Origin: Deltaproteobacteria bacterium
GTDB taxonomy: Bacteria; SAR324; XYD2-FULL-50-16
Length of the DNA: 64,000 nt
Direction of reading: 5' to 3'
NCBI GenBank assembly: GCA_018645005.1
Contig: JABGPJ010000066.1
Span: forward strand, 41,808-105,807
Under the pieces are notes generated by a model. The model was given only the letters and a program-made list of their open reading frames with translations. It was not told the origin of the DNA and made no database searches. The position numbers were made by a program, and so were the translations under genes. Positions 10,210-21,246 of this stretch are shown piece by piece; position 1 is the first letter of the stretch; the number at the start of each line of letters is the position of its first letter.

Positions 10210-10817
10210 TTTTTTTATACGGTTTTCTCTTGGCAATCGGGGTTCTGCTGATTGTTATTCTGAGCATCCCTGTTAAAGTTCGTTTGGAATCGAATCTCGT
10301 ATTTCTGGTTCAGTGGGTTTTTCTGACTGTCAGGATTATCGTTGAGCAAAATAACGTCCGAACAGAACTGCAACTATTCAACAAAACAATAGAGAGCCGG
10401 AAAAAAGCCAAACAGAAACCGGTCACTAAACAAAAAAAGGCCAAAAAGAAAAAACCGAAAAAAAAGGTTCCATTCTCATTTTTAAAAGATACCCTGCAGG
10501 ATGCTGCTATTAAAAAAGTTATATACCAGTCTCTTCATTTAGTCCTGCGCTGTCTTTTCGCAATTAAGATCCGATTTTTGAAATGGAATATCGGTTTAGC
10601 AGACTACTACTGGCAGGGAATTATCTATGGTGTTGTCAGCGGATTACCCAATACCAAACGATGGCAAATCCACGGAAATTTTGATGAGGTCAACGATTTT
10701 CTACTGATTATACAAATATCGATCTGGCGAGTTCTATCTGCAATCGCCATTTTTCTATTCTTCTTTCCTTATTTCAGGACATTACGAATTTACATGCGGT
10801 TCCGAGCGGCAACTTGA
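10206..10817 (+). CDS. Membrane protein, probable DUF2953/YtfI-like partner of YtfJ
   Basis: N-terminal TM followed by IPVKVR, Lys-rich tract, IGLADYYWQGIIYG; overlaps ytfJ-like stop. Confidence 0.65.
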   Translation: MIFLYGFLLAIGVLLIVILSIPVKVRLESNLVFLVQWVFLTVRIIVEQNNVRTELQLFNKTIESRKKAKQKPVTKQKKAKKKKPKKKVPFSFLKDTLQDAAIKKVIYQSLHLVLRCLFAIKIRFLKWNIGLADYYWQGIIYGVVSGLPNTKRWQIHGNFDEVNDFLLIIQISIWRVLSAIAIFLFFFPYFRTLRIYMRFRAAT

Positions 10818-13800
10818 ATCGGGAAACAGTGAAAAATCCGAAAAGAATCAGCTTTAAAAGCAAAGGACTTGAACTGATACAGGTCTGCGGGCCTTACGCA
10901 GAACTCTATTTCGACTGGAAGCAGATACCGCCTCTTGACCTGAGCAAAAGTTATTACCTGGTCGAAATCTCACCTGACTCGTTGATTCTGCCCCTTGAAT
11001 ATGCCAGACCCAACTCGGACGGGCCGCTTCATTTCTGCCTGAAAACGGGGGTCGAATATCAGCTGAGGCTCCTTGCGGTCCCACTCCCCGCATTTTCGAT
11101 TGAATCTGATCTCGATCCACCTCCTCAATTGGAATTCATTCCCCAACATGAAAATTTGCATAAACTGATCTGGGGAAATGTCGATGTGGAGGCACTAAGT
11201 CAGTCTTGCAACAGCCATCATGTTGAAATTTACCAGGAGGGAATCTTATCCCAGCAATGGGCTCTACAACCGCTTATCTCTTGTGAACTGGTTGGAAGAC
11301 CGGCGGTCATTGAAATTCGCTGCGGCTCTGGTGAGCGGTTGTTACTGATTAACACCAATCTGCAGCAAATGACCTGTGCCGGATCCCTTCCCTTTACCCT
11401 CAAGAAGCAACCGGTTCGACTGAGTCTTTCAACTGCTATCCATCCGGTTCCGGGTTGGCGTGTCAGGGTGGATTTGCCTGGGTCTTTTCAGATGCGGAAA
11501 ATATGGCAGGAATCATTTCTAACTGAGTTTAGCACGTCAGACCCGGCTCATATTATTGGCTGCTTCAGATTTTATGAAAACGGAAAACAGGTTCTCGACA
11601 TCAGGCAGTGGGGATTTTCGACACATATTCAAAACCATCTGATTGACCAGATCCAATTACAGGAGTGGAAGCTCAAAAAGAAAAAGCGGGTTCATCATCT
11701 GAAACTTCAACTTCAGGTCACTTCGGCCCATCGAGAGCTCTATAAATTTGTCCTGCTCGAAAAACAGCTTGCAGGAAATATAAATGTCGAAACGGTTGGG
11801 TTCTCCGAAGATGAGATTGAATCTGCTGAACAGAATTTGTTTAAAAACCAGCGGCATGTCGTCTGGGAGCAAGCCTTTTTTGAGCTGGTACTTTGGTTCA
11901 AGGTGGATGGTCATGACTGGCAGGAATTTCAAAGGGATATCGCCCATTCTCTCCGCTGGGACTATGTCCCCTCAGAATCAGCAACTGAATGCTTTTGCGA
12001 GTGGGTACTCTTCGATCTGAACCAGCCGGATCGATTGGTGACGGTGCTATCTTCAGGTCTGGAGAAACGAATACAATGGCCTGACCGGGTCTATCTGAGA
12101 CCGTTCAATACAGAACGACTGTTTGCCTGTTGGGACCTGGAAAAACGCAACATTGAAAACAGGATCCGGTCAGACTGGGGCGTCGTTCTTTCCCAAGTTG
12201 GATTTTACCTTAAAGTGCATGAGGAGCATCTTGGTACGAGAATCCGGCGTGCAGACCTGGATTGTCACTTGATTGATGTTTTCTCTGCTCAAAAAAATCT
12301 CTATTTCGATGTTGAACCCAATAAGTGTTTTTCGGTTGAGATCGTCGCGCGTTTTGAACAGCAAGAGATTTCACTGACACCGGTATCCACATCTGTCGTT
12401 ACCCCCAGAAAACCGGATCAGTCATCTCTCAGCTACCCCCACTACAGCAAATCAGAAAGCCAGGGGTATCATTGCACCCAGCGGCAAGTCCGTCATCTGC
12501 AGGGAACAGATGCTCAAAACAGAGCCAACGTTATGCTGCACCTGCATATGCACTCCCCAAACCTCTATCGGGCTGATCCTTTTCGGGAGAGCTTTCTGAG
12601 AGACGGCACCTGGCCGATTGTCACCAACGAAGGGGCTGAAGTTCATAATCCGCCAGGGGAATGGGTTTTGAGGAACTGTCTAGATTCTTGGCTACCGATT
12701 CTGAGAGTTTTGCGTAGTCTGGCTGCGGAATCGGTCGATTATCAGCTCAGTCTCGATATATCACCTCCCGTGGCCTATATGATAAGTAGTCCCTGGTTCA
12801 AGGACTACATGTCCCGTTATTTATTGCGGATGAAAGCATATGTGAGCGGACAGATTGCCTTGATGAAATTCCGCAACGATTCACCTGATTTTATTTATGC
12901 AGCGGAGCGCTGTCTGATCGATTTGGATGCGATTGAATCTTTTTACATTTCTGATCTGGATAAAAACATCATCGGTGCTTTCCGTGAACTTGAACTGCAA
13001 GGGTTCGTTGAAATATCAACCTGTACAGCAACGCATGGAATGCCTGCCGAGCTGGAGAGTCTTCCGGATGCACTTGACAGTCAGATTACACTGGCTGCCA
13101 GAAGCCATCATCGAATTTTTGGAGATCGGCCCAAAGGGATCTGGCTTGCTGAAAACTCTTTTTTCCCTGGCGTTGAACAGTTGCTTTCCAGAGAAGCGTT
13201 GGGATTTTTCTTTGTTGAAGCAGAAGCTATTTTATGTGGGTCGCACAAACTCTCCGAAGAGGAGTTCAGTCCGGTTATCCTCCCTCTGAATCAGGTAGTC
13301 GCATTTGGCCGCAGCCGTTTGGGCAGAGCCCAGGTCTGGGATGCTGACATTGGCTATGCCGGTCATCCGGATTTTCGAGAATATCATTTTCGGCACTTAG
13401 GGTTGCCGGTCAAGCGGATCACTTCGAAAACAACGGATGACAAACAGCCGTATCACCCGGACCAGGCAGAAAAGACGGCTCGGAAGCTGGCACAGGATTT
13501 TCATCACAAACTGAGTGAGAAAGCCTTCGAATTAAGCAGCCGCAGCTTTAAATCGATTCCCCTGATCAGCTGTACCTATGACGCCGAGCTATTCGGTCAT
13601 CATTGGTGGGAAGGACCTGTTTTTCTGGAAGAGCTTTTAAGAGAGTTTTATCGCAAAGCGGGTGCAATCGGATTGACGACACCATCGCATTATCTCGCAG
13701 GGAATCCCACTCTACCCGAGGTGGTGCCAAATCCATCCACCTGGGGGCATGAAGCGGTGCATGTAAAGTGGACGGATCCGAAAGTTGCCTGGACGTTCAG

Positions 13801-14131
13801 AGAATTAGAAAGAGCGGATCAGATTTTGAAAACCTATTTAGCACTGGGTCAGGAAAACAGGCTGACAGATTTTCAAATACGGATTGTTGAGCAGATGGAG
13901 GCGGAATTCATCCGTGCGCAAAGCTCGGATTTGACTTTTGTCATCATGGCCGGAGATTTTGAGGAGGATATGCAGAGAGAAATTTTGAAGTACCTGGACT
14001 ACTTTTATCGTCTCAAATCCCTGATTGACAATAATGTTGAGGACGAACAATTTCTGTTGTTCCGGCAGTACGAAAATAATATGTTTCCTGAAATTGCCGG
14101 ATGCTATGCCATCCGTCTGCAACCCACTTAA
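10814..14131 (+). CDS. GH57 glucan branching enzyme-like protein with long N-terminal extension
   Basis: HLHMHSP, CTATHG, GIWLAENSF (nucleophile Glu), YDAELFGHHWWEG (acid/base Asp), C-terminal AQSSD (DUF1957-like). Confidence 0.85.
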   Translation: MNRETVKNPKRISFKSKGLELIQVCGPYAELYFDWKQIPPLDLSKSYYLVEISPDSLILPLEYARPNSDGPLHFCLKTGVEYQLRLLAVPLPAFSIESDLDPPPQLEFIPQHENLHKLIWGNVDVEALSQSCNSHHVEIYQEGILSQQWALQPLISCELVGRPAVIEIRCGSGERLLLINTNLQQMTCAGSLPFTLKKQPVRLSLSTAIHPVPGWRVRVDLPGSFQMRKIWQESFLTEFSTSDPAHIIGCFRFYENGKQVLDIRQWGFSTHIQNHLIDQIQLQEWKLKKKKRVHHLKLQLQVTSAHRELYKFVLLEKQLAGNINVETVGFSEDEIESAEQNLFKNQRHVVWEQAFFELVLWFKVDGHDWQEFQRDIAHSLRWDYVPSESATECFCEWVLFDLNQPDRLVTVLSSGLEKRIQWPDRVYLRPFNTERLFACWDLEKRNIENRIRSDWGVVLSQVGFYLKVHEEHLGTRIRRADLDCHLIDVFSAQKNLYFDVEPNKCFSVEIVARFEQQEISLTPVSTSVVTPRKPDQSSLSYPHYSKSESQGYHCTQRQVRHLQGTDAQNRANVMLHLHMHSPNLYRADPFRESFLRDGTWPIVTNEGAEVHNPPGEWVLRNCLDSWLPILRVLRSLAAESVDYQLSLDISPPVAYMISSPWFKDYMSRYLLRMKAYVSGQIALMKFRNDSPDFIYAAERCLIDLDAIESFYISDLDKNIIGAFRELELQGFVEISTCTATHGMPAELESLPDALDSQITLAARSHHRIFGDRPKGIWLAENSFFPGVEQLLSREALGFFFVEAEAILCGSHKLSEEEFSPVILPLNQVVAFGRSRLGRAQVWDADIGYAGHPDFREYHFRHLGLPVKRITSKTTDDKQPYHPDQAEKTARKLAQDFHHKLSEKAFELSSRSFKSIPLISCTYDAELFGHHWWEGPVFLEELLREFYRKAGAIGLTTPSHYLAGNPTLPEVVPNPSTWGHEAVHVKWTDPKVAWTFRELERADQILKTYLALGQENRLTDFQIRIVEQMEAEFIRAQSSDLTFVIMAGDFEEDMQREILKYLDYFYRLKSLIDNNVEDEQFLLFRQYENNMFPEIAGCYAIRLQPT

Positions 14132-14157
14132 TCCACCTGACATAATCCAGATTTATT

Positions 14158-14210
14158 CAGCAATGTCCGGTTTGGTTTTTGTTTTGCAAAAACCTAACCG
14201 GTCATTGCTG
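14158..14210. mobile_element. 53-bp minimal MITE family B
   Basis: Same CAGCAATG...CATTGCTG TIRs as 9536-9773, back to back; 9-bp direct repeat AGATTTATT at 14149-14157 and 14211-14219. Confidence 0.88.
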
Positions 14211-14289
14211 AGATTTATTCAAAGATAGACCTTAAAAGGAGGCTACAACATCAGTAGTCTTTTACGTACTCAAATAGACAAGGAGTTTC

Positions 14290-14844
14290 ATGATGACAGA
14301 AGAGATCACTAAAATCGGTATCGTGACTGTGAGCGATAGGGCTTTTCGCGGTGAGTATGAAGATAAAGGCGGACCCGCCATCCGGGACTGGCTGCAAAGC
14401 GCCTTGAAAAGTGAGTGGGAAGGGATCGGAAAAATTGTTCCGGACGAACAGGATAGTATCGAAACGGCACTGCGGAGCCTGGTTGACCAGGAAAAATGTC
14501 ATCTGATTCTAACGACCGGTGGGACCGGTCCGGCAAAAAGGGATGTGACGCCAGATGCGACTCTTTGCATTGCGGATAAGGTGATGGATGGATTTGGAGA
14601 ACGAATGCGTTCTATCAGTTTGAAATATGTTCCCACGGCCATTCTCTCCCGGCAGGTGGGTGTTATTCGCAAGCAGTCTCTGATTGTAAATCTACCTGGT
14701 CAACCCAAAGCCATTAAGGAGACTCTGGATGAACTTTTCGAAGCGATTCCTTACTGCATTGAGTTGTTAGAGGGGCCTGTGCTGGAAACAAACGAAGAAA
14801 TCGTCACGGCTTTCAGACCCAAATCTGCAAAAAACAAAAAGTAA
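14290..14844 (+). CDS. mog: Molybdopterin adenylyltransferase
   Basis: TVSDRA, TTGGTGPAKRDVTPDAT, AILSRQ, NLPGQPKAI. Confidence 0.95.
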   Translation: MMTEEITKIGIVTVSDRAFRGEYEDKGGPAIRDWLQSALKSEWEGIGKIVPDEQDSIETALRSLVDQEKCHLILTTGGTGPAKRDVTPDATLCIADKVMDGFGERMRSISLKYVPTAILSRQVGVIRKQSLIVNLPGQPKAIKETLDELFEAIPYCIELLEGPVLETNEEIVTAFRPKSAKNKK

Positions 14845-15160
14845 GATCTACCCTTCTTCTGAAGAAATATTCATATTTATCTGAAATCATATCATATTGA
14901 TTTCGGGATGAAAGCCCTTATTAAATGATAAGGATCAAACTTTATATGATTAGAATATACAAAATGAACCTTGCCGTTATAAAATTAAAGGATATTTTGT
15001 AAATGGAGAAGATCTGTTTTGATGGGGTTCCCGCAAAGCGATAATGACTTGGTATAAATGGGAGTTGGGTTATTGAAATTAATGATGACCCATTTCCAAT
15101 GACAAGTCGAGATACCTTTTCTGTTATTTTGTACGATTAACCACAAGACAAAGAAAAATT

Positions 15161-16240
15161 ATGGATTCTATTGAACAGAAAATAAGGGAAACACTGCAAC
15201 AGATCCCTTTCAGTAACAACGGCGGGAATATTTTGGACAGCGGCGTTGTCTATTCGCTAGAACTTAAAGGTGAAACCGCCAATGTTGTGCTTGTCATCGG
15301 TGAAGAAAATCAGTCAATCAAGGACGAAACAGCTGCGAAGGTAGAGCAGGGGTTGAAATCCGTTGAGGGCATCAGTGAAGTGGGAGTTAAAGTGGTGAGC
15401 TCCCAGGCAGAGATCGAGGCGCAACAACAGCCGGCTTCTGGAGAAAATCCGGCACCACCGGAGCAGGCAAACTATCTTCAGGAATATGCAAACGTTATTC
15501 TGGTCGCCAGTGGCAAAGGCGGAGTTGGAAAATCTACGGTGGCAATCAATCTGGCCCTGGCCCTCAAAGCACTGGGGAAAACCGTTTCTGTGTTGGACGC
15601 CGATGTCTATGGCCCCTCCATTCCTATCATGCTTGGAAAGCGGGACGAACCATTGCAGGTGGAAGGAGAGAAGGTTAAGCCGTTGAATCAGTTTGGTATT
15701 GATTTCATGTCTGTGGGCAATATGGTCAAAGAAGATCAGGCACTAATCTGGAGAGGGCCCATGGCTCATCAGGTGATCCAGCAAATGCTCCGTGATGCAG
15801 CCTGGCCGGGGGGAGATTATATGATTGTTGATCTACCACCGGGAACAGGGGACGTTCAACTCTCTCTCTCCCAGATGGTAGCAGCCACAGGTGCCGTTGT
15901 TGTTTGTACGCCACAAGATGTAGCGCTGCTGGATGCGAGGAAAGCGATTGCCATGTTTACCAAGGTCAATATCCCTGTTCTGGGTATGATTGAAAACATG
16001 AGTGCTTTTGTCTGTCCTAAATGTGGTGCAGAGACCCCGATTTTTGCAAAAGGCGGCACCGAGCGTGAGAGCTCCGCTCAGGAAGTAGCCTATATCGGTG
16101 GTGTTCCAATTGAAATGGATATCCGACTGGGATCCGACAATGGTGACCCCATCGTACACGCCAGTCCAAATTCAGGCAGTGCAAAAATTTTCATGGAAAT
16201 GGCAGCTAAACTGGACCAGATAGTGACGGAGGCGGGTTAA
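15161..16240 (+). CDS. apbC: Mrp/NBP35 Fe-S cluster carrier ATPase with N-terminal DUF59-like domain
   Basis: SGKGGVGKST, DADVYGPS, WRGPM, DLPPGTGD, ENMS..CPKC. Confidence 0.93.
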   Translation: MDSIEQKIRETLQQIPFSNNGGNILDSGVVYSLELKGETANVVLVIGEENQSIKDETAAKVEQGLKSVEGISEVGVKVVSSQAEIEAQQQPASGENPAPPEQANYLQEYANVILVASGKGGVGKSTVAINLALALKALGKTVSVLDADVYGPSIPIMLGKRDEPLQVEGEKVKPLNQFGIDFMSVGNMVKEDQALIWRGPMAHQVIQQMLRDAAWPGGDYMIVDLPPGTGDVQLSLSQMVAATGAVVVCTPQDVALLDARKAIAMFTKVNIPVLGMIENMSAFVCPKCGAETPIFAKGGTERESSAQEVAYIGGVPIEMDIRLGSDNGDPIVHASPNSGSAKIFMEMAAKLDQIVTEAG

Positions 16241-16560
16241 TGGCAGGCAGCAAATTAAGCACCAGACCCAAGGAGATTACCTTTGACGGCAGAATGCACA
16301 TTATCTGGCATGATGGTGCGCACACAATTTATAACTATTGGGATCTGCGAACTGCATGTCCCTGTGCGTCCTGTGTGGATGAACTCACCGGCGAAAAAGT
16401 GTTGGATGACAACAGCGTGCCCAAAGAGATTCATCCGGTGAAGAGTGCCTATATTGGTAATTATGCGCTGGAAATTCTCTGGAGTGATGATCATAACACA
16501 GGGATCTATACATTCCAGAAATTACGTGACGAATATCCTCATTCAACCGCAGCGATTTGA
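16240..16560 (+). CDS. DUF971 (GBBH N-terminal-like) metal-binding protein
   Basis: LRTACPCASC, GNYALEILWSDDHNTGIYTF; TAATG coupling to apbC. Confidence 0.88.
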   Translation: MAGSKLSTRPKEITFDGRMHIIWHDGAHTIYNYWDLRTACPCASCVDELTGEKVLDDNSVPKEIHPVKSAYIGNYALEILWSDDHNTGIYTFQKLRDEYPHSTAAI

Positions 16561-16576
16561 TTCAGCGCCTTTTTGA

Positions 16577-17752
<1,176 letters not shown>

Positions 17753-17786
17753 CCGGGTTTGAGGGACCTGTTTTTGGAAGATATTG

Positions 17787-19079
17787 TCAGGTTTTCTCCA
17801 TTTGGTTTTCTATCGTCAGGCGTTGCTCATAACATTTTCTTGAGCCTTCGTCGTCACCCTGGTCGTATAGCAGCTTTCCCAAATGATCGAGTATATCCAA
17901 CTGTCCTGTAAAATCTTTGATCGTCTTTTTAATGGCTAGGTGATTCTGGTAGGTTTGCGTGAGTCTGGGCCAGTCTTCCAACTGATGATAGGCTGTTTCG
18001 ATCTCTGTATAGATCTCGTCCATTTTATCAAATTTATGCAATTGCCTGAATTCATTTAGCGTAGTAAACAGAAAATGAACCGCGTATTGCTGCTGATCTG
18101 CTTCGACATATCTCTTTACAATCTGCTCCAGTAATTCCAAATGCTGGGGATGCTGTTTATCCACATAGTTTGTAAAAAGCTCCTGCTGGGTTTTTGACGC
18201 TTTTTCATGCTGGTCAAGATCGAACTCACAATCTCCCTTCAACAGTGTCAGCTTCACTATCATGTCAGCGGGGACCTCCATCTCGACAGGCGAGTCGAAA
18301 AACTGACTTAATGCGGACAGGCTCTTATCATATTCCTTTTTCTGATAATAACTCTGCGCCATTGATAGCGTTATTTCAGCTGCATCTTTGGTTCCCGATT
18401 CATCTGCTTCAAAATCGCTGCTGGTGAGAGCCTCTTGAGATGTCAATGGCGGCGCCATCTTCGGACCTTCCGTCTCCCGAGTTTGTTCATTTGAATTCGA
18501 CGGCAGAGAGAGGTTAGTCAGTTTTTTTGGGGGCAGTTTGACAGGGTCCACTTTACCCGAAGAAACTTCGGGTGTCTCTTTAATATCGTCGAACATTGTC
18601 CCTATTGATGCTACCGATATTTTTTCTTTTATGTTCCTTTCAGGTTTTCCGGGGCTTTTCTTTCTGGCTGCTGGCAGCCCTGGTTTACTCTTTTGGGGTG
18701 GTGCTTTTGGTGTTTCGGTTCTCTTTTCCTGGAGTTTCGTTTTGCTTTTACTGGACAGTGAGAGAATGACATCATTCTCACCTTCAGATTTTCTCAGCCC
18801 CGATTTACTGGATTGCGTCAAGTTTTTTTGAAACCGAGAAAAGACGCTCGGATCAATGGCTTGGTCTGGGGAACCGGATTGATCCGATACAAGGGACTCC
18901 TTTTTAGCGGCGGCTGACTTCTTTCCGGTTGTCAGATTCTGAGATCTACCACCTTTTTTATGGGTCCGGGAGATGATAAACTGTAGCTGAACCATCAGCA
19001 GAAAAACCAGCCCTATGATGGCGAGCTTGGTTTCTATATCCAAATCGATATAAGAAACGGCTATACCGGATGCAGCCAC
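17787..19079 (-). CDS. Membrane-anchored protein with low-complexity linker and C-terminal TPR-like helices
   Basis: N-terminal TM, S/K/P-rich linker, TPR-like repeats (LGKLLYDQGDDEGSRKCYEQ); frame is open up to 19115. Confidence 0.6.
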   Translation of the reverse strand: MAASGIAVSYIDLDIETKLAIIGLVFLLMVQLQFIISRTHKKGGRSQNLTTGKKSAAAKKESLVSDQSGSPDQAIDPSVFSRFQKNLTQSSKSGLRKSEGENDVILSLSSKSKTKLQEKRTETPKAPPQKSKPGLPAARKKSPGKPERNIKEKISVASIGTMFDDIKETPEVSSGKVDPVKLPPKKLTNLSLPSNSNEQTRETEGPKMAPPLTSQEALTSSDFEADESGTKDAAEITLSMAQSYYQKKEYDKSLSALSQFFDSPVEMEVPADMIVKLTLLKGDCEFDLDQHEKASKTQQELFTNYVDKQHPQHLELLEQIVKRYVEADQQQYAVHFLFTTLNEFRQLHKFDKMDEIYTEIETAYHQLEDWPRLTQTYQNHLAIKKTIKDFTGQLDILDHLGKLLYDQGDDEGSRKCYEQRLTIENQMEKT

Positions 19080-19316
19080 AATCGTCAGAACTTGAATAAG
19101 TGGTTTAATGATTTTTCACTCCGTTTAAGATCGTGAATAAAACTACCCAGCTAACCAATTTTTAATGCGGTGGGGATGACGTTCAAGTTCGGGCAAATCA
19201 TTAGTTTGATAGGCTTGACTCCGGACGCGACTATCCTTTCTGTTCAAGAGACGCTTTCAGGCTGATAACAAGATCGCCACATTTGAGGACTTCGCCTTAA
19301 ATCCAGTATTTTCGGG

Positions 19317-19826
19317 CTATGTCCACCTACTATCTCGATATTTTGATTCAAGGTCAACGACTTTAAGGTTTGAATCTCTCAGGCGAATTGCCAGCATTTT
19401 CGCAAAATTTCGATAAAGCTTGTATGCAATAGCAAAATATTTTCGTGTTCCGGAAATCTGTGTCAACATTTCATCATTGATCGAAAAAAGCAGTGAGTTG
19501 CCTCTGGCTGTGGCTTTTGCCGACCTTCTGCGCTGATCCAGCAGTCCCATCTCTCCAAAACACTCTCCAGGATTCAAGACTGCCAGCTCTGTCTCTTTAT
19601 CTATACCGTCTTTCTTTCCAATTGTTTTGCTGATAACGACATTTCCATTAATTAAAATGTACATTTTGGAGCCGAATACGTTTTCTTCAAATATCGTATC
19701 ACCATCTTTATAACGTTCCGGGTTCATAAACTTTAAAAACGTATAGAGCTCTGCATCTGTAAAACCTTTAAAAAATTCGACAGATACTTGAAGTCTTTCA
19801 AAAATGCTTCTGTTTATCTTTATCAT
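19317..19826 (-). CDS. Stand-alone cyclic-nucleotide-binding domain protein
   Basis: IFEE...MYILINGNV, PGECFGEMGLL...RSAKATA. Confidence 0.88.
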   Translation of the reverse strand: MIKINRSIFERLQVSVEFFKGFTDAELYTFLKFMNPERYKDGDTIFEENVFGSKMYILINGNVVISKTIGKKDGIDKETELAVLNPGECFGEMGLLDQRRRSAKATARGNSLLFSINDEMLTQISGTRKYFAIAYKLYRNFAKMLAIRLRDSNLKVVDLESKYRDSRWT

Positions 19827-19979
19827 GTCTTTAGATTGAGTAGACCATGCTTTTCAAACAGCCTGCTCGGCAATAGTTTACCCGGAAAGTTAATAAAATG
19901 TGGTGTACGTTGCTTTCCCCGTAGCAGTCTTTATAAATTTGTAACCTGTTTCTCAAATTCAGGCAAATAATTTATGTGA

Positions 19980-20951
19980 TCAGGCGATTAATGAATAGGT
20001 TGTCTGTGGGACACTTTCATTTCTCAATATTTGATGGGTTTCCTCAAGGTATCTTAAATGCGCGATTGCTTCCCCTGTCGCAAACCATTTTTGAGGAACT
20101 GGAAACTGCTCCCAGGAATCGCATTTGATATCCCAATGCATCTTTGACGCGACTCCGTACGCGTGTCTGGATCCTTGGTCCAGTATGGAGAGTATTTCGT
20201 CCAGCCTCGCCATATGATGATGTTTGAGCTCATCAATCCGCTCTCTGAAATTTGTAAACATACTCCGATGCCCAGGCAGGACCAAATCGACTACCAGAGG
20301 GTATACTTTATCCAGACTATTGAGGTAAAATTTCAGCATATCCTGCTGGTCAGACCAGCCTTGTATGTTTGGGGTAATGTCACCTAAAATGTGATCACCT
20401 GAAATAAGCAGCCTTTTATCCGCTTCATAAAGGCAGGTATGGCCAAGCGAATGTCCCGGAGTTTCGATGCAGGTCAGTTTATAGTCGCCAACTTCAAGCA
20501 AATCACCATCCTGCAGAATCTTAAGCTCAGGAACCCATTGCGTTCCGAACTTCTTTCCAGGGTGTTGCTTAAACGCATTTCGGAGTTCAGTTTCTGGGAA
20601 ACCGTTTTCGGCAGCATAGGTAAACATGTGCTCAAAACCGTCCCATCCATCGAGAATCTCCGCATCGGGTCGATTAAAATATATGGTGCTTGTAGGCGTT
20701 TTAAGTTTTTCTACCAGACCAAAATGATCAGCATGTAAATGGGTAATAAAAAAATCGGTACAAGTCAGGTCAATATTCAGAGAGCGTAAGCCTTTTTGCA
20801 TCGCTGCAAGACACTCTTCCCGATTAAACCCCGTATCGATGATCAGGTTGCGAGTAGAGCCCGTGATGATATAAGAATTCAGTGATTTTAGAGGACTATC
20901 AGGTAGCGGAATTTCAAGGCGGTAAAATCCAGGTAAAATTTCTTCGGGCAT
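19980..20951 (-). CDS. MBL-fold metallo-hydrolase
   Basis: IDTG, THLHADHFG, TPGHSLGH, SGDHIL, PGH; start taken at MPEEIL. Confidence 0.9.
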   Translation of the reverse strand: MPEEILPGFYRLEIPLPDSPLKSLNSYIITGSTRNLIIDTGFNREECLAAMQKGLRSLNIDLTCTDFFITHLHADHFGLVEKLKTPTSTIYFNRPDAEILDGWDGFEHMFTYAAENGFPETELRNAFKQHPGKKFGTQWVPELKILQDGDLLEVGDYKLTCIETPGHSLGHTCLYEADKRLLISGDHILGDITPNIQGWSDQQDMLKFYLNSLDKVYPLVVDLVLPGHRSMFTNFRERIDELKHHHMARLDEILSILDQGSRHAYGVASKMHWDIKCDSWEQFPVPQKWFATGEAIAHLRYLEETHQILRNESVPQTTYSLIA

Positions 20952-21125
20952 AAGTTTGTCCTTTGATTCTGAAAATGGGATCGGCAAATTTCGTAAGACC
21001 TTTTGTTTATTGTATTTCCAAATGTGTTGATAAGAAAATATAACATTTTTTCGGGAAAACTCGCAAGTAGCCGGAGTACTGAAAAAATGTAATGACTGGT
21101 TATCTGTTAATAAATTAATTATTAA

Positions 21126-21224
21126 GGGTCGGCTCAAAAATTACTTGGCATTCTGTCAGCAAAATGTCTGGTCTTTATGGGACTTTTGCGGACAGTTTAT
21201 GCCAAGTTATTTTTGTACGATCCC
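21126..21224. mobile_element. 99-bp MITE family A, copy 2
   Basis: TAA|GGG...CCC|TAA, 22 bp upstream of the priA ATG. Confidence 0.85.
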
Positions 21225-21246
21225 TAAGATCCATTTAGGGTACCAA

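Noticed and set aside
19169..19190. GGTGGGGATGACGTTCAAGT resembles a conserved 16S rRNA segment
   Set aside because: About 20 nt with an insertion and no flanking rRNA similarity; treated as chance
20952..21246. Longer N-termini for priA and the MBL hydrolase, and small ORFs near 24635-24926
   Set aside because: They run through MITE or intergenic sequence; family-like sequence begins at the downstream ATGs
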